A stretch of 64,000 nt of DNA from Thraustochytrium aureum (lineage: Eukaryota), in contig BLSG01000387.1 in the NCBI GenBank assembly GCA_012862495.1, positions 117,188 through 181,187 of the forward strand, given 5' to 3'. A program made the position numbers and the translations under genes. Positions 56,621 to 64,000 of this stretch are shown here, piece after piece (position 1 is the stretch's first letter; each line of letters opens with the position of its first letter). The notes beneath the pieces were generated by a model. It was given only the letters and a program-made list of their open reading frames with translations, was not told where the DNA came from and made no database searches.

Positions 56621-57831
56621 ATGGCGGACGTGGAGGCCGTCCCGAGCAAGGAGCTCGTCGTTGTGGAGTACTCTGACCTGGTCGGCGACGGCGACCTGTC
56701 CGAAAAGATCGAGCAGGCGTACGGGCCGGGCGCGTTTGGGGTGATGGGAATCCGGAACGTGCCCGGGTTTGTGGAGGCTCGCACGACTGTGCTGGCGCAG
56801 GCGCACAAGCTCGCCCACCTGCCCGAGGAGACGCTCAAGAGCCTCGAAGACGCGGAATCCCTGTACAACGCCGGCTGGTCGCACGGCAAGGAGAAGCTCG
56901 GCGATACTCCGGACTTCGCAAAGGGCTTCGTTCTACTTCAACCCGCTGACGGACCTCCCGGGCACGCCAGAGGAGCGCGAGATGTACCCGGTGTCGTACC
57001 CGGCCAACAAGTGGCCGACCTCGGACATGCCCGAGTTCGAACCCTCTGCCAAGCACCTTGGCTCGCTGATGAAGGGGGTCTGCGCAGAGGTGGCGCGCCA
57101 CATCGACCACCTCGCCGTGAGCAAGGTGCCCAACTACGAGCCCAAGCTCGCCAAAGCGATGCGTGACACGGAAAAGGCCAAAGGCCGCCTGCTCTACTAC
57201 TTTCCGCTCTCCGAAGACCAGCTCAAGGCCGACGCGCCCGACAGCTGGATCGGGGTTCACAACGACTCTGGCTACCTCACTTGCCTCGCGGGCTCCATAT
57301 TCGTGGACGACGCGACGGGCGAGGCGATCGAGTGCCCCGACCCCGCTGCGGGCCTCTACATTGTGGACCGCGACGGCAACGAGGTGCATGTCAAGATCCC
57401 CAAGGACTGCATGGCCGTGCAGCTTGGCGAATGCGTTCAGATCGTCACGGGCGGCGTGGTGCAGGCCACCCCACACTGTAAGTCAACGTGCTTGTGGAGG
57501 AGCGCGCTGTTGTAAAAGGCTCTGCTTTGCTCGATTTACGCAGAGTTCACTGACAACGCGCGACCACGCAGACGTCCGTGGCGCCAAGCCTGCCCCGGGC
57601 TCCAACGTGCGCGTGGCGCGTGTGAGCTTGCCAGTGTTCATCGACACCAAGCCTGGCGAGCCCCTGACGATTCCGCCGGGCGCGACGCGCGAGGATGTCC
57701 TCAAGCGCGCCGTGTCGTCCAAGGTGCCGCCCCTTGATGACCGCTTCACGCACAACGGGATGCCCTTTGGCGATTTTTTGCAAAACACCTTCCACAAGTA
57801 CTACGAGTGGACTACCAAGCCCGCGGTCTGA
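56621..57831 (+). CDS. 2-oxoglutarate/Fe(II) oxygenase, IPNS/DIOX-like (extra T ~56927; intron 57478-57571)
   Basis: GWSHGKEKL, KGSFYFNP once corrected, GRLLYY, HND, H^YVRG across GTAAGT...CACTGAC...CGCAG intron, RVS. Confidence 0.9.
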
Positions 57832-58094
57832 ATTGATTCGCTACCAACCCCTTCGTCTGAATTGATTCGCTGCCACCCCTTTCGTTTGGAGAGTAGAAAT
57901 CAAGGCTCAGTGGAGCACCGTGCGAATGCATACCAGCGTGCGAATGCATACCAGCGTGCGAACGCGAGTCTGGATGCATTGCACGCCTTGCAGAATTGGA
58001 ATTATAACATCTTTTGATTGAAACGTTCAGGGTTTTGTGCATCAAGGTTGGGGCGCAGCCGAACGCCGAGCCCGAGGTAGCGCGCCGCTCCCAC

Positions 58095-58329
58095 AGACGA
58101 GAGCAGTAGCCATTCGCCGCCGCGGACCTCCGCAGCAATCGCCTCTGCACGCCAGATGGCGTTCTCGTCGACGACTCGCAGCGCGTCAAGCTCCTCCTGC
58201 GTCTCGCAGCGGTAGACGAGAGCAGTAGCTATTCGCCGCCGCGGACCTCCGCAGCAATCGCCTCTGCAAGCCAGATGGCGTTCTCGTCGACTCGCTGCGC
58301 GTCAAGCTCCTCCTGCGTCTCGCAGCGGT
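58095..58329. repeat. ~117-bp direct tandem duplication
   Basis: 58095-58213 and 58214-58329 near identical (AGACGAGAGCAGTAGC...CGCAGCGGT). Confidence 0.9.
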
Positions 58330-59863
58330 GAGGGCCGTCGCGAAAGCATGTTGGCCGCCCCGAGTCAAGCTCCAGAAACCGCTCAAAGTGAAACTTGATC
58401 TTCGTGTCGGGATACATCTGCGCCTCGACTTGCGTTTCAGGCTGCATTTCAAGCCACGACAGGAGCCGTTCCGCGGCAAACTTGCCGCACCGTGCTTCAC
58501 CAACGACAGAGCTTTTCGACAACTGCGTCCACCCAAAGCACGCCAGCGCGTCCGCTTGCTCGACGATTCGCTTGGGAGAGCTTGGCCGCCCCGAGCTGCG
58601 CGTTCGTGGCCTGGAACCTAAATGCGCCAAAGCGGCTCTCGCGCTCATGGTCAAGTGCCTGCGCCTCGCCAGGTCAGATCGCCGCCCGCCGACCAAGAGC
58701 AACGCGCTAGCCAAACACGTACCTTCGCATGGGCTTCCAGGATGCGGTGAGCGCCGTCGCCGGCGCAGCCGCCGCGTCCAGGCGGCGCCTCAACTCGGCA
58801 CTGCCCCGAGCTCGCAGCAGCGTCCACAACCGCTGCCACGAGCAGCAAAGCACAAACCGCGCCAGCACGCAGCATGAGGGCCATCCTGCTTCCCTCTGGA
58901 GCCACAGCGCCGACCGCCGCCGCTTCAAGCACGCGGCCACACAGTGCGCGCCGCGGTACCCAGCGGCCTTCGACGTCGTCCCACGGGGCGCGAAACACGG
59001 TCTCCTCAGCCAAGCGCCCCGGGCGGCTTGCCACGGCCCGCCGCCGCCGCCAAGAGTCGGAGCTCTCCGGGGCCGGAGCCGAAAGCCTGGCGCCAACTCG
59101 AATCTGTTCTGGTTTGATTCAATCAACATGGTCTCCGAGTCGGCCATCGTCGTCGCGGATGCGCGGACGGCGCAGCCGAGCAGAGCGCGCGCGTTCCCCT
59201 CAACGCGCGGCGACCCACGCGTCCCATCGCAGTTCAATCGAGTTGTCGGTGCTCTGCCTGGCTCACGGNNNNNNNNNNNNNNNNNNNNNNNNNNNNNNNN
59301 NNNNNNNNNNNNNNNNNNNNNNNNNNNNNNNNNNNNNNNNNNNNNNNNNNNNNNNNNNNNNNNNNNNNNNNNNNNNNNNNNNNNNNNNNNNNNNNNNNNN
59401 NNNNNNNNNNNNNNNNNNNNNNNNNNNNNNNNNNNNNNNNNNNNNNNNNNNNNNNNNNNNNNNNNNNNNNNNNNNNNNNNNNNNNNNNNNNNNNNNNNNN
59501 NNNNNNNNNNNNNNNNNNNNNNNNNNNNNNNNNNNNNNNNNNNNNNCGGCGTTGGTTTCCCCGTGAGGGCGGCGTGGAGGGAGGAGGGAGAGCGTCCCAC
59601 GCACGGAGCGAACGCGGGTGTTGTGCGACCTAACAGAAGAGGTCAGGGTTAGCAACGGACGCCGTGGGAGCAGCGAGGCGAGCAGGCGGCAGTCCCGCAA
59701 CGCAGGAGCGGAGCAGCAGGAGGAAGGCAGCGGCAGCGCAGGGGAGCAGCGCAGGGGAGCAGCTGCAGCAGGGGGCGAGAGGGCTGCGGTGGCGCTCGGA
59801 GGAGGTGGCTGCTTGCAGGGCGGTGCGGAGCGGCTGGGGCTGGTCGGCAGGGCGGCGGGTGCG

Positions 59864-61628
59864 ATGGACGCGTTCAGGGGCGGCAGGCCGACCACGGACA
59901 ACGTGGCGGTGCCGTATGATCTTATTCCATGGGCGCAGACGGCAGAGGCCGACGCGATTGTGGAGACGATCCGCGCCAAGTCGTGCGCGGACTCGATCAC
60001 CTTTCGCATGGTGAGGCCCGGCAAGGCGAATTTCGATGTAACGGCGATGACGCTCGACGTGCTCAGGGCCGCGCGGTCGCTCCTGGAGCTGCAGCTCAGC
60101 TTTCAGGTGGACTACCAGCAGCGCAAGCTGCAGACGGCCAAGATGGAGGAGGACCTGAGGCAGACAAACGAGGAGTTTGAGAAGGGCCTCCGCATCGAGT
60201 TCGCCGTGCCAGAACAGCTCATTGGCCTCGTTATCGGCAAGGGCGGCGCCAACGTGAACAAGGTCAAGGAAGCCACGGGGGTTGACCGCATCGTGGTGGA
60301 CAACGTAACGAGCAGCGTTCGTATTCGCGGCAGCGACCCGGACTCGGTCCAGCGCGCGCGCGAGATGCTCGAATTCCAGGAGCTAGGCATTCCAATCCAT
60401 GCGAGCAACGTTCGCGCCATCACCGGCGAAAAGGGCCGGAACATCAGCGACATATGGCGCAAGTCAGGGTGCGTCAAGGTCACACTCGAGCAGCTCGGCG
60501 ACGGCGAGGGCCGCGTGCTCCGCATCGTCGGCGTGCGCAAGTCAGTGGACCTTGCGCGCGACATGGTCGAGATGCAGGTCGAGTTTGAGTCGAAGAGGCG
60601 CTCTCTGGAGAAGGACGAGCAGCACATCAAGAACAGGCTGCAAAAGATCGACTCTGAGTTTCGCGAGTTTGGCCCCGGCGCGCCCTCCACCCATCCCCGC
60701 CGGAGCTTCGCCGGTGCCCCATATTCTGCCCCCGCCCCGAGGGCCCCAGCTGCCGAGGTTCCCCGGCCGGCTGCCGAGCCGCGGAGCTCCGTGGGCAAGG
60801 GCGACAGCGCGCAGGGCCCGGCCTCCTCGCATGGCGCTGCCGGCGAGGGTCGCCGTCGTCGCGGCGGCGCGTCGAACGGCAACAAGTTGCAGACGCCCCC
60901 AGAGGCCCAGCAGGCGGCCCAGACCGTCGACGAACCGACCAGCAAGGAGCCGCCGCAAGACCAGCAGGCCCAGAGCTCGGTATCCGCGCGGTCGAAGCGG
61001 AGCGGGCGCGCCCAAAGCGGGCGCTCTAAGCCACGCCCGCAGCCGAGCGACGACAAACAAACTGCGCAGAGCGAAGAGACGACGCAGCGCGGTGCTGCGG
61101 AGCAAGGCCAACCTGGNNNNNNNNNNNNNNNNNNNNNNNNNNNNNNNNNNNNNNNNNNNNNNNNNNNNNNNNNNNNNNNNNNNNNNNNNNNNNNNNNNNN
61201 NNNNNNNNNNNNNNNNNNNNNNNNNNNNNNNNNNNNNNNNNNNNNNNNNNNNNNNNNNNNNNNNNNNNNNNNNNNNNNNNNNNNNACAGAAGCAGCAAGA
61301 GTCGTCGTCGACGGCAAAGGCCGGCCCGCAGCAGCAGCAGCAGCAGCAGCAGAACAAGCAGCAACAGGCTGCGAGCAAGCCCCGCCAAGCGCGTGGCGAG
61401 GCGACCGGGCCGAAGGAGTCTGCCGCAAAGAGCAAGTCCGGCGCCAAGCCGCTTCCAGACGGCGGCGAGTCGAACCCTGTGCAGGTTGAGAATGTCAAGC
61501 CGAACGGACAGCGCAACAAGTCGCGCGGGAAGAAGGGGTCTGGTGCGACCAAGGCTGGCTCTGAGGCGCAGGCCGTGCCTGCGACTGACAAGGGCGCCCA
61601 AGCGTCGTCGGCCGCTACCAGTTCCTAG
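59864..61628 (+). CDS. KH-domain RNA-binding protein, FMR1/FXR-like (start uncertain; spans a gap)
   Basis: KH1 IGLVIGKGGANV, AREMLEF, KH2 ITGEKGRNISDIWRKSG, coiled EKDEQHIKNRLQKI, disordered R/G/Q-rich tail. Confidence 0.75.
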
Positions 61629-61786
61629 CTGCGCCGCACGGCGGCGCGAGAGGGATGAATCGCCACTAGCACAATGCCCCATTGTTTGTTTCTCCTTCCG
61701 AACCTTGTGCGCAACCCTCCGCGAGGTGGGCGGGACTTGGTGCAAGAGCCCTGCTGCAGCGAGCAGTCGGCCAGCGCGAGCGCGGT

Positions 61787-62926
61787 CTACGGCTGATCTG
61801 CAGGAGGGGCCGTCGCGACCTCGCCCGGGCCGGCCGCGTTGAAAACGCCTTTTGTCTGCTCCCCGCAGACTGCGCACCGCGAAGAACTCCCGTAGTGCTG
61901 AAAGGCGCAGCGCTGGCAAAAGTAGTGTTTGCATAGCGTGACAACGGGGTCTCGGAACGCCTGGCGGCAAATGTGGCAGGCGAACGGGCGCTGCTGCTTG
62001 CCCTTGCCGGCCGCGCCTTCCGCATCCGCGCTATCCCCGGCGTGCGTTCCGGTGGCCAGCTTGAGCTTTTTGGCGTTTTGCTTCTGCTCCCACTCTTTTT
62101 CGATCTGCCAGCCTGTCTTGTAGTCGCCGCGATCGTGCAGGTAAATGCAGTTGTCGCCATACCCGCAGTATCCCGTTTCCTTGTAGTCCTTGCACACGTC
62201 TGGCTGGTAGTCGAACCGGCTCGTCACGCGCAGGTTCGCTGGCGCGCGGACCGGGCCCACGGCCCCTGTGGCTGCGCGTGACTTGCGCGCCGCTTCAGCG
62301 GCGTCACTTGCGCTAGCCGCCGCCCTGGACTGCTCACGGCCGCGGTAGACCTTGGCGCCGCCATCGGGCTCCGCCGCCGCCTCTGCCTCCGCAGCGACGC
62401 GCTCCAGCACCGCCCGCCGGTCGCGGTCGCGCTCCGTGTCCACCTCGTTCGTCGCAAACGCGCCGCCCCCGTACTCTGCGGCCGCAGCCGAGCCCGACGA
62501 CTTGAACGCCAGCTCGCCCTCGCGTCCGTCCCCCTTGCGCGTCGCCGACACAAAAGCGTTCACCGCCTCGGCGCCGTCCCCGCGCCTCTTGCCCTTCGCC
62601 GAGAGCTCCAGCGCCTCCTCGACCCCGTCGTCCGGCGCGAGCGCAGCGCCATCATCCTCTGCGCCGTCAGCGGCGCTNNNNNNNNNNNNNNNNNNNNNNN
62701 NNNNNNNNNNNNNNNNNNNNNNNNNNNNNNNNNNNNNNNNNNNNNNNNNNNNNNNNNNNNNNNNNNNNNNNNNNNNNNNNNNNNNNNNNNNNNNNNNNNN
62801 NNNNNNNNNNNNNNNNNNNNNNNNNNNNNNNNNNNNNNNNNNNNNNNNNNNNNNNNNNNGTCAGCGGCGCTCGCCGAAAAACCCGGCCGCGCCGCGCGGC
62901 CTCTTCCTGCGGCGCTTGCCGAACAT
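61787..62926 (-). CDS. CWC24: Pre-mRNA splicing factor CWC24/RNF113A (spans a gap)
   Basis: GPVRAPAN, DYQPDVCKDYKETGYCGYGDNCIYLHDRGDYK (CCCH), PFACHICR..CKHYFC..CAVC (RING). Confidence 0.95.
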
Positions 62927-63014
62927 CACGCGCGCCACGCGCGAAGCCTCCCGCCCGCAGCGCCCGCAGCGCCCGCAGCGCCGCAGCCCACGTCCAACCG
63001 AGTCTGCCGCCCGC

Positions 63015-63400
63015 AGGACCTCGACCAGATCCTGCACGCGACCAGCGATCCTGCCCGACCAGATCCTGCGCGACCAGCAGCCGCACGAGCGCACGCAGGA
63101 GGACCAGGACCAGACGCAGGAGGACCAGACGCAGGAGCCTCGGCAGGAGGTCCAGCAGGAGGTCCAGCGGGAGCGCCAGCTGGACGATCAGGGGCCACCA
63201 GGACCACGACCAGCTGCACAAGCACCTGGAGGACCAGGACCAGACGCAGGAGCGCCTGCAGGAGCAACACGGCAGGAGGTCCAGCAGCTGCACGATCAGG
63301 ACCACCAGGACCACAACCAGCTGCACGATCAGGACCACCAGGAGCACAACCAACAGCACAAGCACCAGGAGGCCCAGCAGGACCTGAAACACGAGCACAC
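63015..63400. repeat. T-poor low-complexity tract (CAGGA/GACCA/GCACGATCAGGACCACCAG units)
   Basis: Direct reading; lies between the divergent CWC24 and MSH1 starts. Confidence 0.6.
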
Positions 63401-63438
63401 GCACTAGTCTGGCGCCCGGCGCGTAGCGCTGCTTGACG

Positions 63439-64000
63439 ATGCTGGCCGCATGGGTGGGCCGGCGGGCGGCTGCACGATGTATATCGCGAAGTGGTCGACG
63501 CGCGGGCTGTGGCGGCGGTTTGTGGGAGACTGGGCGAGGACTCGCGTCGAGCGCGAAAGCTGCTCTGGCGCGCAGGCGGCAGGCGGCGGAAGGGATTCGA
63601 AAACAGGCGCTCGAACTTATGGAGGCGCCGGAAACGACGCCGATGATGAGGCAGTTCTGGGAACTCAAAGCTGCGCATCCGAGCCATTTGCTGCTGTTTC
63701 GGATGGGCGATTTTTTTGAAACCTTTCACGACGACGCCCGCGTCGCGGCTGACGTGCTTCGCGTGACCCTGACGGCGAGGCACGGCAAGAACAAGACCAA
63801 AAGGGACGGCAAGCCTGTGCATCAGGTGCCCATGTGCGGGATTCCCCACCATGCTCTCGACAGATACCTTGGAAAACTATTGCACGCAGGCATCCGCGTC
63901 GCCATCTGCGAACAGGGCACGGACGAGGTAACAGTGGACAAAAAGCGCGTGCTGGAGCGTTCTGTCGTGCGACTCGTCACGCCAGGCACAGTTACGGAGG
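63439..64000 (+). CDS. MSH1: MutS1-like mismatch repair protein (organellar MSH1 type), runs off the window; not in the ORF track
   Basis: ATG 63439, Arg-rich leader, then TPMMRQFWELKAAHP..LLLFRMGDFFETF..VPMCGIP..VAICEQ..VRLVTPGT. Confidence 0.9.
   Translation, partial: MLAAWVGRRAAARCISRSGRRAGCGGGLWETGRGLASSAKAALARRRQAAEGIRKQALELMEAPETTPMMRQFWELKAAHPSHLLLFRMGDFFETFHDDARVAADVLRVTLTARHGKNKTKRDGKPVHQVPMCGIPHHALDRYLGKLLHAGIRVAICEQGTDEVTVDKKRVLERSVVRLVTPGTVTE

Overview
GC-rich, gene-dense, intron-poor eukaryotic nuclear DNA from a draft assembly with many N gaps and repeated single-base indels in otherwise intact genes. Flagellar genes (ODA docking complex subunit, SSNA1/DIP13), short GT-AG introns and (GCCA)n/(CAG)n microsatellites fit a flagellated protist, possibly a thraustochytrid/labyrinthulomycete (inference only). 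About 30 protein genes are supportable: GH2 beta-mannosidase, class 3 lipase, MAT2B/RmlD-like reductase, AAAP transporter, two tandem P450s, HMG-CoA reductase, SET1-like methyltransferase, NF-YB, MBL hydrolase, TMEM62, class V PLP enzyme, NMD3, SmF, STE20 kinase, 2OG-Fe(II) oxygenase, CWC24 and MSH1, plus three intron-containing tRNA-Lys(CTT) genes. Most notable: (i) two P450s and a soluble HMG-CoA reductase side by side, all with mitochondrial-presequence-like N-termini; (ii) an FMR1/FXR-like KH protein; (iii) a STRA6-like membrane protein; (iv) a decayed TIR-NACHT (NLR-like) gene beside the tRNA array; (v) a Hippo/MST-like kinase with duplicated MOB1-docking-like motifs but no SARAH domain; (vi) a prokaryote-like MBL hydrolase. 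All family calls come from motif recognition by eye; no searches were run.
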